Positions 47,757 through 58,462 of a stretch of DNA of 64,000 nt are shown in pieces. A program made the position numbers and the translations under genes. Origin of the DNA: Candidatus Zipacnadia bacterium (lineage in GTDB: Bacteria > Armatimonadota > Zipacnadia > Zipacnadales > UBA5352); the NCBI GenBank assembly GCA_029820045.1, contig JALGVE010000002.1:3538-67537 (forward strand). The letters are read 5' to 3'. The notes beneath the pieces were generated by a model that was given only the letters and a program-made list of their open reading frames with translations, was not told the DNA's origin and made no database searches. Positions within the stretch are counted from its first letter, which is position 1; each line of letters begins with the position of its first letter.

Positions 47757-49478
47757 ATGAGCGAGAACGCATCACCTGAGAACAGCGAGGCCCCGGTGCG
47801 GGTAGGCCCGTACACGGTCGAGGATGCCATCGGCGTCGGGCCGCATGGTGCCGTCTACCGGGTCTCCGAGGTGGAGCAGGGCGGGGAGCTTGCGTTGAAG
47901 CGACTGCATAAGGCCATCGCGGGCGAGAAGCCGGGTGAGACCTTCAACCGCATAGCGCGCGTGGTGGTGGCCTTGGCCCATCCAGCGATAGCGGACGTCT
48001 CGCACGTCGCCCTGCATGGAGGGCACGTAGTCATCATCTCGGAGCTGGTCGGCGCGCGCTCCCTCGCGCAAGTGCTGGAGGATCGGGGCCCGCTCTCGCC
48101 CTCAGAGACCGTGGGCCTGGCCAGGCAGCTTGCCATCGCCCTGGAATACGCCCACCAGCGCTCCGTCTTTCACACGAGCCTGAGGCCCGAGAACGTCTTC
48201 CTGACGAGCGACGGGGCGGTCAGGATCACAGACTTCGCCATCGCCGCGCTCTACGGCCACTCGGTGCGTCAGAAGCCCTCGTATCAGGTCACACAGCAGG
48301 CCTTCCTGGCCCCCGAGTTCCTGGAGGGCGGCGTCATCAGTCAGCAAACCGACATCTTCAGCCTGGGGGCGGTGCTCTTCATGGCCCTGACCGGCACGCC
48401 TCCGGGGATCAGCCGGGCTGCTTCCAGCGACGGGCGCTTCTCTTATCTTGAGGTGGGCGGGAAGAAGGCGGCGCCGGTCGCGCTGTCGGCGCCGAACTTC
48501 GAGGCCCTGCCGCCTGAGACGCCGCAGTCTCTGCGGCAGGCCATTGCCAGTGCGCTGGAGCGCGAACCGGCAAAGCGCCCCGGCTATGTCAAGGCGTTCC
48601 AACAGCTTCTGCGCGAGGTGAAGGCCGCGCCGTTGACCGAGCTGGCCGAGCGGCCCGGCGAGGAAACACAGGAGCACGCCGCGAGCGGCGCAGCCGGCGC
48701 CCGGGTCCGGCTTTGCCCCGCCTGCAGGCGACCGGTCTCTCCCGCCGGGCGCGTCTGCCTGGCCTGCGGCCTGGTGCTTACGGGTGAGGCAGGCTCCGCG
48801 GAGTGCGCGCCTGTCAACTATTTCCACGAGCACGCCCGGCGGCTGCTGTCCAAGCATGACCTCGGGGCTGCGGAACGCGCTTACCGGAGCGCCATCGGGC
48901 GCAACCCTGACGAGGCAGTCCTGTACGACGAACTAGGCGACGTTCTCGGCGTGGAGAACAACTTCGCCGAAGCGGCCGACGCCTACCGGCACGCCGTCAA
49001 GCTCGACCCGCAGGACGCCGACGCCTGGCACGACCTGGGTCTGGTGCTCCTCGCGGCGCACAATCACGGTGAGGCGCGGCGGGCGCTGGAGCGTGCCGTG
49101 AAGCTCGGCGGCAACAAGGAGGTGCGGCTTTCTGCCCGCATACACCTCGGCGCGCTGGCCGCCGAAGAGGGCCGCGTGCAGGAGGCTACTGCTGCCTGGC
49201 AACAGGTTCTCCACGAGGAGCCGGGCCTGGTGGTGGTGAGGATGGCGCTGGCGTCCCTCTATGCGAACACGGGCCTCTACGAGGAAGCTGAGCAGCAGCT
49301 CCGGGCTGCCCTGGTGAGTGAACCCGACTACCGGCAGGCACAGAACTTGCTCGCGCGCATCCGAGAGCGGGCACAACTGGAGCGCCCCGACACAGACGAG
49401 CGTTTCGGCCTGGCCGATGACCTTGGCGGTGGCAGCACCCACCTGGGTATCGGGTTCGACTGGGGTCGGTGGGGCTGA
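47757..49478 (+). CDS. Ser/Thr protein-kinase-like protein, predicted pseudokinase, with internal zinc ribbon and C-terminal TPR repeats
   Basis: Kinase fold present (ELALKRL Lys, ...PENVFL, ITDFA). The catalytic HRD is replaced by HTS and DFG by DFA. CPACRRPVSPAGRVCLACG zinc ribbon. TPR repeats at the C-terminus. Confidence 0.6.
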   Translation: MSENASPENSEAPVRVGPYTVEDAIGVGPHGAVYRVSEVEQGGELALKRLHKAIAGEKPGETFNRIARVVVALAHPAIADVSHVALHGGHVVIISELVGARSLAQVLEDRGPLSPSETVGLARQLAIALEYAHQRSVFHTSLRPENVFLTSDGAVRITDFAIAALYGHSVRQKPSYQVTQQAFLAPEFLEGGVISQQTDIFSLGAVLFMALTGTPPGISRAASSDGRFSYLEVGGKKAAPVALSAPNFEALPPETPQSLRQAIASALEREPAKRPGYVKAFQQLLREVKAAPLTELAERPGEETQEHAASGAAGARVRLCPACRRPVSPAGRVCLACGLVLTGEAGSAECAPVNYFHEHARRLLSKHDLGAAERAYRSAIGRNPDEAVLYDELGDVLGVENNFAEAADAYRHAVKLDPQDADAWHDLGLVLLAAHNHGEARRALERAVKLGGNKEVRLSARIHLGALAAEEGRVQEATAAWQQVLHEEPGLVVVRMALASLYANTGLYEEAEQQLRAALVSEPDYRQAQNLLARIRERAQLERPDTDERFGLADDLGGGSTHLGIGFDWGRWG

Positions 49479-49526
49479 GTCAGCGGTGTCGGGCCATGGA
49501 GCCTAGCCGCTCCAACGGCTCCCGCG

Positions 49527-49613
49527 CCCCGTAGGTCGGGCTTTCCAGCCCGACTCCATTGATGTCCGCCAGAACAAGACACGGCGCGTCGGGCTGGAAA
49601 GCCCGACCTACCA
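49527..49613. repeat. BIME-like pair of inverted REP-type palindromes with 5' GTAG (ccGTAGgtcgggctttccagcccgac ... gtcgggctggaaagcccgacCTACc)
   Basis: Two 23-bp units that are exact reverse complements of each other, each internally palindromic, ~34 bp apart, in a 3' intergenic region. Confidence 0.7.
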
Positions 49614-49750
49614 ACCACGAACGTGTCACGTGGGCCACGTGCGCGCCAGGAGCCGGCCTTGCCGGAGCACACGGGGCACCGTATAATGTAGCCCGACCGG
49701 GTGGCGAGGCCGCCTGCATGTATCGCTATCATTGATGGGAGAACGATGCG

Positions 49751-51625
49751 ATGTTCGGGCACGGAGGACGCGGTCGTCGCGGGCACCCCAGGGAGTCAGA
49801 GTACCGGGAGGAGGAAGAAGTAGAGCCTCTATCCATCACCGACCGGCGGATGCTCGGCTGGTTCGCCCAGCGCCTGGGGTCACATTGGCTGACTATTGTG
49901 CTGGCGATCATCAGCATGTTAGTCGGCACGGTGGCGGGGTTGTACGTGCCGCTGGTGCTCAGGGACATATACGACAACGTGATTGACGCACGCAACCTGG
50001 AGCCGCTCCAGCGGCTGGGATCGCTGCTGCTGGGGTTGTTCTTCGCCCAAGCGGCGTTCGGCGCGATACGCATGAATGTCATGCACCGCCTGGGGCAGAA
50101 GTTCGTGCTGGACGTGCGGCTCGATGCTTACCGCCATCTGATGCGGCTCTCCCTGGACTTCTTCGAGGCGCGGCGGACCGGCGACATAATGTCGCGCATC
50201 TCCAATGATGTGAATGCCGTCGAGGACATGGTGGTGCACGGCACCGACACCCTCATCACCGACTCAGTGACCGTGCTGGGGACCATCATCTTCATGGCGG
50301 TCAAGCTGGATCTCCGCCTCACCCTCCTGGGGCTGATACCGCTGCCTGTCTTCGTCGTGGCCATCATCATCTTCGCGCGTATCATCCGCCCCTTGTACGA
50401 AAGGATCCGCCAGGAGCTCGGCGACATCAACGCGCGGACGCAGGAGGCCCTTTCGGCGATCCAAGTGGTGAAGGCCTTCCGGCGGGAGGACTACGAGTTC
50501 GACCGGTTCGAGCGGGAAAGCACGGACTATTACCGCGCCAGCATCAAGGGCATCTGGCTGTGGAGCACCTTCTTCCCCTTCATTGGCTTTCTGACTTCGG
50601 TGGGGATGATCCTGGTCATCTGGATCGGCGCCGGTATGGCGGTGCGAGGTGTGACCACGGGCGGGACTATCATCGCCTTCATTGCCTATCTTCAGCGCTT
50701 CTACCAGCCGGTGGGCAGCCTGGTGCGGGTGCACAACACCTTCAATCGCGCTCTTGCCTCGGTGGCCCGCATCTTCCAACTGCTGGACGAGGAGCCGAAG
50801 GTCGAAGAGAAAGAGGACGCGATAGAGTTGGAGCGGGTCGAGGGTCGGGTCGAGCTTGACCACGTCGGCTTCCGCTACGCCACCGGGGAGATGGTGCTGC
50901 GCGACGTGTCGGTGACTGCCGAGCCCGGCGAGACTGTAGCCATCGTCGGCCGCAGCGGCGCCGGCAAAACCAGCATAGTCAACCTCATCCCGCGCTTCTA
51001 CGACCCTATCGAGGGGCGGGTGATCGTGGACGGCGTGGATGTGCGCGAGGTCACGCTCGATTCGCTCCGATCACGCATCGCCTTCGTGCTCCAGGATACC
51101 TTCCTCTTCAATGACACGGTGCGCGAGAACATCCGCTACGGACGCCTCGACGCGACCGATGAGGAGATCGAGGAGGCCGCCAGGGCCGCGTATGCCGACG
51201 AGTTCATCCAGGAACTGGAGGACAAGTACGATACGTTGATCGGGGAGCGAGGGACGAAGCTCTCAGGGGGGCAGAAGCAGAGGCTGGCCATCGCACGGGC
51301 GCTGCTGGCTGATCCCAGGATATTGATCCTGGATGAGGCGACCTCGCTCGTGGACACGGAGGCAGAGCAGGAGATACAAAAGGCGCTGGAGGAACTCAAG
51401 CGCGATCGCACGACCTTCATCATCGCCCACCGCCTCTCCACCGTGCGTAATGCCGACAAGATCATCGTGCTGGATGATGGGCGCATCGTGGAGGAGGACC
51501 GGCACGAGCGACTGATGAAGCGGTCCGGCCTCTACGCAGAGATGTACCAGCGTCAGTTCCGCATGGAGGACGTGTGGCCGGGGTCGGATGACGCGCTGGG
51601 TACGCCGGAGCCACCTGGAGGGTAG
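49751..51625 (+). CDS. ABC transporter, fused permease/ATP-binding protein (type I exporter, MsbA-like)
   Basis: Six-TM N-terminal domain. Walker A GRSGAGKTS, signature LSGGQKQR, Walker B ILILDEAT. Confidence 0.8.
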   Translation: MFGHGGRGRRGHPRESEYREEEEVEPLSITDRRMLGWFAQRLGSHWLTIVLAIISMLVGTVAGLYVPLVLRDIYDNVIDARNLEPLQRLGSLLLGLFFAQAAFGAIRMNVMHRLGQKFVLDVRLDAYRHLMRLSLDFFEARRTGDIMSRISNDVNAVEDMVVHGTDTLITDSVTVLGTIIFMAVKLDLRLTLLGLIPLPVFVVAIIIFARIIRPLYERIRQELGDINARTQEALSAIQVVKAFRREDYEFDRFERESTDYYRASIKGIWLWSTFFPFIGFLTSVGMILVIWIGAGMAVRGVTTGGTIIAFIAYLQRFYQPVGSLVRVHNTFNRALASVARIFQLLDEEPKVEEKEDAIELERVEGRVELDHVGFRYATGEMVLRDVSVTAEPGETVAIVGRSGAGKTSIVNLIPRFYDPIEGRVIVDGVDVREVTLDSLRSRIAFVLQDTFLFNDTVRENIRYGRLDATDEEIEEAARAAYADEFIQELEDKYDTLIGERGTKLSGGQKQRLAIARALLADPRILILDEATSLVDTEAEQEIQKALEELKRDRTTFIIAHRLSTVRNADKIIVLDDGRIVEEDRHERLMKRSGLYAEMYQRQFRMEDVWPGSDDALGTPEPPGG

Positions 51626-51649
51626 TCCCAGCCGCCTGAGGAGGCGCAC

Positions 51650-54600
51650 ATGCACGACGCAAGCCCTGAACTGATCGCCGCCCTTCGGGGCTACGTCTTC
51701 AGGCGACGGGCGGTGGAAGCTGCCCGCGGTCTGCTGGAGGGCATTGCCGGGGGCGCGTTGCTGCTATGTCTGCTCAGGCTGGCCGGGGTGCCCGAGCAGA
51801 TGGCGCTCTCGTCCGACCGAGCTGTTCTCCACCTTGCTCTGGCGGTCGGGCTGCTCGTCGCAGCCCCGATGATAATCCGTCTCTCCCGGCCGTTGTCGCC
51901 GCTCCGGGCGGCGCTGACGCTGGAGCATGCTTTCCCCTACCTACAGGACCGCCTGGCGACCGCGATAGACCTGGCACAGCGCGACCAGCCGGTCGGCTCG
52001 TACTCTGAGCAGATCGCTGCGCGGCTCACGGCCGAGGCGCTCGGGGCTGTGCGGGGGCTGCCGCTGGGCAAGGCTCTCCCGACCAGGAGCGTGCGGCTGC
52101 CCGCCGTGGCCGCGGCGTGCGGCATTGCCGTGGCGGCCCTCGCCTGGCTCGTCACGCCGGAGGGCGGGGCCGAGCAAGCGGGTGGCGTCTTACCCCCGAG
52201 GCAAGCCGCGCGCGAGGGCGCCCACGAGCTAGCCGGCCCTCAGTTGTTCGATCTGAGACTCACCATCAGGCCGCCGCGGTACTCCCGGCAGCCCGTGCGA
52301 CGCCTGGCCGACAACCTCGGCACGGTGCGGGCGCTGCGCGGCAGCCGCATCACGGTGCAGGCGCGCCTGAGTCCGCATTCTGCAAGCGCGAACCTCATCC
52401 TTGAGCCCGGAGGGGCGCGCCCCATGAGCGCCGGGCGCGACGGCCTGGCGACGGCCTCGTTCACCCTCACCCGCCGCATCGCCTGGCGCTGTCTCGCGGC
52501 CGACGGCGACCGCCAGGCGCAGACCGACAAGTTCACCATCATCCCTATCGCAGACGGGACGCCAAGGGTTCGCCTGGAGCGTCCCGAGAGCGACCTGACG
52601 CTCGAGGCCCCCCGCCGGATCGAGGTTGCAGCCTCCGCCTATGACGACTTCGGCATCACCGCTCTGGGCATTCGCTACCGGCTCAGCGACGCGAAGCGCT
52701 GGCGCTCGCTCGACCTGGGCGCGCGTCCGGGTCCGGCGGCCTCGGCGGCGATGCGTCTGAACCTGGCCTCTGTAGGCCTGGAGCAGGGACAGGAACTCCT
52801 GCTGCGGGCCTACGCCACCGACAATGACACGGTCACCGGGCCGAAGACCTCGCTCAGCCCGACTGTGACGATTCGCATCCGCAGCGAGGAGGCGCAGCCT
52901 GCCGACACAACCGCGCTGGAACGCGCGCAGCAGCAGGAGGCCAACGCCCTGGCCCGCCTGCGAGAGCGGGCCCAGGAGCTGGAGGGCGAACTGTCGGAGA
53001 TGATACAGGGGCTCAGCACTGGCGAGGCGACCGAGTCCGACCTCGGCCGCATGAGCGCTGAGCTTCAGGAGGCCACCGAGCGCCTTCAGAACCAGGCGGG
53101 CGACCTCGAAGCGGCGATGCGCCAGGCCGAGCGGCAGCTTAGCCTCAATGACATGGTCACTCCCGAACTCACGCAAAAGGTTCGCGAGCTTCACAAGCTC
53201 ATGTCCGAGGCGCTCGATGAGGAGATGAAGCAGGCGCTGAAGGAGCTGCAGAAGGCGCTGAGCAAGCTTAACCTTGGGCAGGTGCGCCTCAACCTGGAGC
53301 GCGCGCGCGAAGCGCAGAAGCGGTTCATGGACAGGCTCGATCAGACTCTGGCGCTGCTCAAACGTGCGCGCCTGGAGGCGGAACTCGCTCAGCTTCGCAA
53401 GCTCGCGGAGGCCCTGGCCAAGCGCCAAGGGGACCTCGTCGAGCGGACCGAGGCAATGCCGGAGGGCAAGAGCGCCGAGGCCCGTGAGGCCGAGAGCAAG
53501 CAGCGCCGCCTGACTCGCGACACCGAGCCCCTGGTGGAGAAGATCGCTCGCGCCGCCGAGCATGCACACGAGATCTCGCCGGAGACGGCGGCCTCGCTTG
53601 AGTCGCTGACCGATGAGCTGATGCGCAGGGACGCGCCCGGCGAGATGCGCCAAGCCGCGAGCGCCCTCAAGCGCGGCAGTCCCTCCTCCGCGCGGCAGCC
53701 ACAGAGAGGGGCGCTGGCGACCCTGCGATCGGCGGCCTCGCGGCTTGCGGAGGTCGAGGCCCAAATGACTGCACAGTTGAGGTCGCAGCTCACGCGCGCG
53801 GCTGCGGAGTTGGTGCGCGACTCCCTTCACCTCTCGCAGCGGCAGGAGGAGCTGATGTCGGACGTTGAGCGTCTCGGTCAGTCCAGGACCACCGACCTGC
53901 TGCGGGACAAGAAGCGCATCGCGCCTCTCCAACGACGGCAGGAGACGCTGGGCGCAGGCGTCCGCAAGCTTGGCCAGCGGCTGGACGACCTGGCGCGGCA
54001 GACGCCGCTGGTGGACCCTTCCTTCGGCCGTGACATGCGGGCGATAGCCAGCGACATGTCCCAGGCCTCGCGCGAGCTTGAGGGAGCGGCGCTCGGCCAG
54101 GCGTGGGACTATCAGCAGGCCTCGCTGGCGAACCTGAACGAGGCCGCGCAGCGGCTGCTGGAGCTTGGGGACAGGATGTCGCAGGCGTCGGCTCAGATGG
54201 CGCTGAGCGAGTACCTGAAGCGCCTCCGCGCTCTTGCCCAGCGCCAGGAGGGCCTTAATGAACAGACCGATCAAGGGGCGAAGGGCGGACAGAGACTTTC
54301 GGACAGCGGGCCTCCGAGCCTGGCGGGGCTGGCGATGGAGCAGGCGCTGATACGGGCGGCCCTCCAGAAGCTCATGCAGGCAGCGGGCCGCAGCGGCCAG
54401 GAGGTCACCGACCAGCTCGGCGGCACGCCGGAGGAGATGGGGAAGGTCGAGGATGATCTCAAGGCAGGGCGCGTGACTAAGGAGACGCTGGAGCGACAGA
54501 CCAGGATACTGCAGAAGATGCTCGACGCCCAGAGGTCGCTCTACACCAAGAAGCCCGAGCGCAGCGAACGGAAGGCGGAACAGGCGAAGCAATACCAGCC

Positions 54601-54751
54601 GCCGCCCTCGCCGCCGCCGCTCTCGCCGAGCCTGCTCCGGGCGCCACCGGTGAAGGCGCCGGAGGCCTCATCGCAGGAAACGATGCCGGTCGGCTTCGAG
54701 GACCTGGTGCGCGAGTACTTCCGGCGGCTAGGGCAGGGAGCGGCGCAGTGA
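51650..54751 (+). CDS. Large membrane-anchored coiled-coil protein (1033 aa), possibly DUF4175-like
   Basis: N-terminal TM helices. Long Ala/Glu/Arg/Leu-rich coiled-coil region. Pro-rich tail. C-terminal ...FEDLVREYFRRLG. Overlaps the next gene by 4 bp. Confidence 0.55.
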   Translation: MHDASPELIAALRGYVFRRRAVEAARGLLEGIAGGALLLCLLRLAGVPEQMALSSDRAVLHLALAVGLLVAAPMIIRLSRPLSPLRAALTLEHAFPYLQDRLATAIDLAQRDQPVGSYSEQIAARLTAEALGAVRGLPLGKALPTRSVRLPAVAAACGIAVAALAWLVTPEGGAEQAGGVLPPRQAAREGAHELAGPQLFDLRLTIRPPRYSRQPVRRLADNLGTVRALRGSRITVQARLSPHSASANLILEPGGARPMSAGRDGLATASFTLTRRIAWRCLAADGDRQAQTDKFTIIPIADGTPRVRLERPESDLTLEAPRRIEVAASAYDDFGITALGIRYRLSDAKRWRSLDLGARPGPAASAAMRLNLASVGLEQGQELLLRAYATDNDTVTGPKTSLSPTVTIRIRSEEAQPADTTALERAQQQEANALARLRERAQELEGELSEMIQGLSTGEATESDLGRMSAELQEATERLQNQAGDLEAAMRQAERQLSLNDMVTPELTQKVRELHKLMSEALDEEMKQALKELQKALSKLNLGQVRLNLERAREAQKRFMDRLDQTLALLKRARLEAELAQLRKLAEALAKRQGDLVERTEAMPEGKSAEAREAESKQRRLTRDTEPLVEKIARAAEHAHEISPETAASLESLTDELMRRDAPGEMRQAASALKRGSPSSARQPQRGALATLRSAASRLAEVEAQMTAQLRSQLTRAAAELVRDSLHLSQRQEELMSDVERLGQSRTTDLLRDKKRIAPLQRRQETLGAGVRKLGQRLDDLARQTPLVDPSFGRDMRAIASDMSQASRELEGAALGQAWDYQQASLANLNEAAQRLLELGDRMSQASAQMALSEYLKRLRALAQRQEGLNEQTDQGAKGGQRLSDSGPPSLAGLAMEQALIRAALQKLMQAAGRSGQEVTDQLGGTPEEMGKVEDDLKAGRVTKETLERQTRILQKMLDAQRSLYTKKPERSERKAEQAKQYQPPPSPPPLSPSLLRAPPVKAPEASSQETMPVGFEDLVREYFRRLGQGAAQ

Positions 54752-57384
54752 GAGCCAGCAGAGCCGCGGCCATCCTGTTACTGCTAGCCTCGGGAGCGGC
54801 GGCGCTCGCTGAAAGCCCGGAGCTTCGCGGCCTTCTGTCCAAGGCCGCCGCCAGCGAGGCGGCTGGCAAACTGATAGAGGCCGAGGGCATCTACCAGGAG
54901 GCCCTCGCCGTGGCCGCGACCGATGAGGAGCGCGCGGAGGTCATCTCGCGGCTGGGTGACATCCGGAGCAGGCGCGGAGATCGCCTCGGGGGGCTCGCGG
55001 CTTACGAGCAGGCCCTCAAGCTCGAAGGCCAGGGGCCCTGGCTGAGCCGCTGCCTCACCCAGCTCGCCAGCCTTGCCCAGTACTCGCGCCGGCCGGAGCT
55101 GGCTCGGTCCGCCTACGAACGGTTGCTGACCGACTTCGCCGGCAACGCGGTCATGGCCCGACAGGCGGCCATCGGCCTGGCGCGCCTCGACGCGGATGCC
55201 GGCGACCTGGGGGGCGCCATCAAGCGCCTGGAGCAACTCCTTGCCCGAGGGGAAGCCTCCGGCCTCGACTACCAGGCTCGGCGGCTGCTGGTGCAGTATC
55301 TGATTGAGGCGAAGCGATTCGACCGGGCGGTTGAGGTGGCGCGTGCAGGGGCGAGGAAGGGCCCGGAGCAGACGGACCTGCTGCTGCGCGCCGCCGACGC
55401 GCTGCTGGAGGCCGGTGAGCCCGAACGGGCGGAGCAACTCTGCCGACAGGTCCTGGCCGCAGAGCCGGGCAACGAAGCCGCCGGGCGTCTGCTGTATGAC
55501 ATAAGCGACCAGCGCGGCGCCCTCGATGAGCTGGAGGCCGAGCTGTCCAGGCAGGCTGAGGGACCCGACGGTGGCGGCGCCCTGCGGCGGCTGGCACAGT
55601 TCTACTCCCGCCGAGGCGATGATGAGCGCGCCCTGGCCGTCTATGAGCGGCTCCTCAAGGCCGCACCGGAGGACTCGGAGCTTCTCTACCGGGCGGGCTC
55701 CCTGGCCAGCGATGCGGGGGAACTGGGCATGGCGGAGCAATACCTGCGCAGGCTCGTGGCTCTGCAGCCCAATGACCGCGCCGGGGCGCAGGCGTTGGGC
55801 GAGGTCTACGTCCGCCAGGGCAAGCCCGACAAGGCCCTCGACACCTTCAAGGCGGCTACCAGCTACCGGCCTGATGACCCCGGCTCCGCTCAGGCCCTGG
55901 GCCGCCTCCTGTCCCGATACTCCCTCTTCCGCCAGGCGATCGCGGTCTACGAGCGCACGCGCCATGAACTCGGCGATGAGGATCTGCTCGCCTATGACAT
56001 GGGCCGCGCCTACGTCGGCCTCATGGAGTACGAGAAGGCGACCCCTGAGTTCTTGAAGGCCCTGGCGCAGCCCTCGACAGGGTCCGCGCGGCTGGTTGGC
56101 TATGAACTTGAGCGCCTTGCGCGCGATGAGATAGCCAGGGAGACCGTGCTCGCGACGCTCGATACCTGGGCGGAGCGAGAGGACCTCAGCGATCAGCAGT
56201 TGCTGGCTGCCGCCCGCGCGTACATCGCCGCCGGTCAGGCCGAGCGTGGCGTTACGCTGCTTGGGAGGCTGGGCGCCGACGCGGGCCTCGCCCTCCTGGA
56301 GTTGGCCCAGGGGCAGGAGGCTGAGGGCGAGGGCAACCTGGCGGCCGACCTCTACGAGGCGGCGCTCAAGCGCCAACTTGAGCCGAAGTATCGAGGCCTC
56401 GCCGCCCTGCGACTGACGGAGCTGCGCCTGGCTCAGGACCGCTGGCGGGAGGCGCTCAGCCTCCTGGAGGACAACCCGCCGCCCCCGGGCGAGGAGAGCC
56501 AGGTCGCCTTGCTGCGCGCTGACTTGTTGCTTCGATTCGTTCGTGACGTGGACCGCGCGGCTGAAGCGTACCAGGATGTGCTCTCCCACGCCGCCGAGGG
56601 TGCGCGCGATGCCTGGCGGGCGAGGTGGGGCCTGGCCGGCTGCCTCTTCGCGTCCGGCGAATGGGACCGCGCCCAGCAGGCCTACCGGTCCCTGATGGAT
56701 GAAGCGCGCGAGGGTCTGCCCCCTGAGGCGCCGCCGCTTCCGCCCGGTCACGTCGGGCGTCTTGGGCCTGGGCTGATGCAGATGCTCCCTGAGCCGGAGG
56801 AGAGCTGCAGGTCGGTGGCCTACGCGGCGATGAGGCTGGCCGAGATCTCACTCCGGCGACAGGACCTGGAGGAGGCCGCCAAGCGCTTCAGCAAGGTCGC
56901 GCAGGACTATCGGACCAGCGACTACGGCAATGACGCCTTGGAGCGGCTGGCCTTCATGAAGGAGAACCTCGACGGCCAGGGGGAGGCCGAGGGCGACTAC
57001 CTGAATGCGCTGGGAATGTTGGACCGGGGCGAGTGGGACCGCGCGGAGGCATCGCTGAGGGAGATCGCCGGGCAGCCCGGGGAGCCGCTTGCCGACGACG
57101 CGCTGATGCTGCTGGCGCAGTCCTGGGTGGACAGAGAGGAGCCGGCGCGCGCGGTGGATGTCTATCAGGAGCTTGCCGACGGGTTCCCGGAGAGTCTGCT
57201 GGCGCCGAACGCACTGCTGGACGCGGCTCATCTGCTCCTGGAGCGCCTCTCTCGTCCTGCCATGGCGCGGTCGTGTTTGACCAGGATAAGGGACACCTAT
57301 CCTGACTCGGCCGCGGCGGATGAGGCCAGCGACCTGCTGGAACTGATCGGGGCTGCGAGCGGCGAGCCGCCAGCTACGAGCTGA
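54748..57384 (+). CDS. Secreted TPR-repeat protein (878 aa)
   Basis: Signal peptide MRASRAAAILLLLASGAAALA. Numerous TPR-like repeats. Confidence 0.65.
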   Translation: MRASRAAAILLLLASGAAALAESPELRGLLSKAAASEAAGKLIEAEGIYQEALAVAATDEERAEVISRLGDIRSRRGDRLGGLAAYEQALKLEGQGPWLSRCLTQLASLAQYSRRPELARSAYERLLTDFAGNAVMARQAAIGLARLDADAGDLGGAIKRLEQLLARGEASGLDYQARRLLVQYLIEAKRFDRAVEVARAGARKGPEQTDLLLRAADALLEAGEPERAEQLCRQVLAAEPGNEAAGRLLYDISDQRGALDELEAELSRQAEGPDGGGALRRLAQFYSRRGDDERALAVYERLLKAAPEDSELLYRAGSLASDAGELGMAEQYLRRLVALQPNDRAGAQALGEVYVRQGKPDKALDTFKAATSYRPDDPGSAQALGRLLSRYSLFRQAIAVYERTRHELGDEDLLAYDMGRAYVGLMEYEKATPEFLKALAQPSTGSARLVGYELERLARDEIARETVLATLDTWAEREDLSDQQLLAAARAYIAAGQAERGVTLLGRLGADAGLALLELAQGQEAEGEGNLAADLYEAALKRQLEPKYRGLAALRLTELRLAQDRWREALSLLEDNPPPPGEESQVALLRADLLLRFVRDVDRAAEAYQDVLSHAAEGARDAWRARWGLAGCLFASGEWDRAQQAYRSLMDEAREGLPPEAPPLPPGHVGRLGPGLMQMLPEPEESCRSVAYAAMRLAEISLRRQDLEEAAKRFSKVAQDYRTSDYGNDALERLAFMKENLDGQGEAEGDYLNALGMLDRGEWDRAEASLREIAGQPGEPLADDALMLLAQSWVDREEPARAVDVYQELADGFPESLLAPNALLDAAHLLLERLSRPAMARSCLTRIRDTYPDSAAADEASDLLELIGAASGEPPATS

Positions 57385-57559
57385 CCGGCTGGACAGACAG
57401 TCAGGTTCAACAGGGTCCCGTAGGTCGGAACTCCCGCCCCCACTGGGTCGGCCTTGTCCAGGTTGTCGCACCCAACTCTGTAGTATCGGTGAGAGAACGC
57501 CCGCCGCTGCTTTCCTCAGCACAGCCGGGGGTCCAGCCCCTCTTCCGGAGGCAGCTTTC

Positions 57560-58462
57560 TTGTCGGACCACACGCGCGGCGTACTGCTCGGACTGCTGGC
57601 AAGCGCCTGTTGGGCGACCACCTTTGTCGCCGCCCGCTACGTGACCTATGTGCGGGGGGTTGACCCCATCTACACGGCGGCGTTCCGCTTCAGCGTCGGC
57701 GCCGTGGTCGCGACCGCATACATCGTGCTCAGCGGCCGCTGGCAGAACCTCGTCAAGGCGGCCTCGGACCTGCGCGGCCTGGCCACGCTCGGCGCCATCG
57801 GCATATTCGGCATGGGCGTGTTGGTCTTCCTATCCGCCAACCTCACAACGTCCATCAACAGCTCGCTGATCATGAACTCCAACGCCATCTTCATCGCTGT
57901 CTTAGCGATAGCGGCCGGCGAACGGGTGCCGGCGCTGCGCTTTGTCGGCCTGATCATCGGGCTGGCCGGCTGCGCGGCGATCGTCGTAGGAACGGCGCCG
58001 CCGCAGCCTCTGCCGCCTCCTAACAATGTGTTGGGCTCGCTGGCAGCCATGGGCGGCGCGATCTGCTGGGCGATGTACACGGTCCTGGGTAAGCCCCTGG
58101 TCCGGCGGTACGGTGGCGCGGAGGTGGCGACAGGCACTCTCATCTTCGGCGCTGCAATGCTCAGCATCTTGGCCTTGGCGCATGGCCCCGTGCCTTCACT
58201 CGAGTGGCCTGAGGCGGTGGTCGGCGTATACCTGGGCATCGTTCCGACTGCCGTCGCGATGCTCATCTGGTATCAGGCTCTTGAGCTTGTGGACGCCAAC
58301 GTCCTCGGGCCGACGCAGTACCTCGCCCCGCTCGGGTCGAGTGTGTTGGGCTGGTGGCTGCTGGGCGAGAGCATCGGCCTCGCCTTCATCGGCGGCGCGG
58401 CCGGGATCCTCGTCGGAGTCTATCTGGCGACGAAGCCCGTCGCCGGCGAGCTCGAAAGCTAG
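57560..58462 (+). CDS. DMT-superfamily (EamA-like) transporter
   Basis: 10 predicted TM helices in a two-repeat arrangement. TTG start. Confidence 0.65.
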   Translation: MSDHTRGVLLGLLASACWATTFVAARYVTYVRGVDPIYTAAFRFSVGAVVATAYIVLSGRWQNLVKAASDLRGLATLGAIGIFGMGVLVFLSANLTTSINSSLIMNSNAIFIAVLAIAAGERVPALRFVGLIIGLAGCAAIVVGTAPPQPLPPPNNVLGSLAAMGGAICWAMYTVLGKPLVRRYGGAEVATGTLIFGAAMLSILALAHGPVPSLEWPEAVVGVYLGIVPTAVAMLIWYQALELVDANVLGPTQYLAPLGSSVLGWWLLGESIGLAFIGGAAGILVGVYLATKPVAGELES

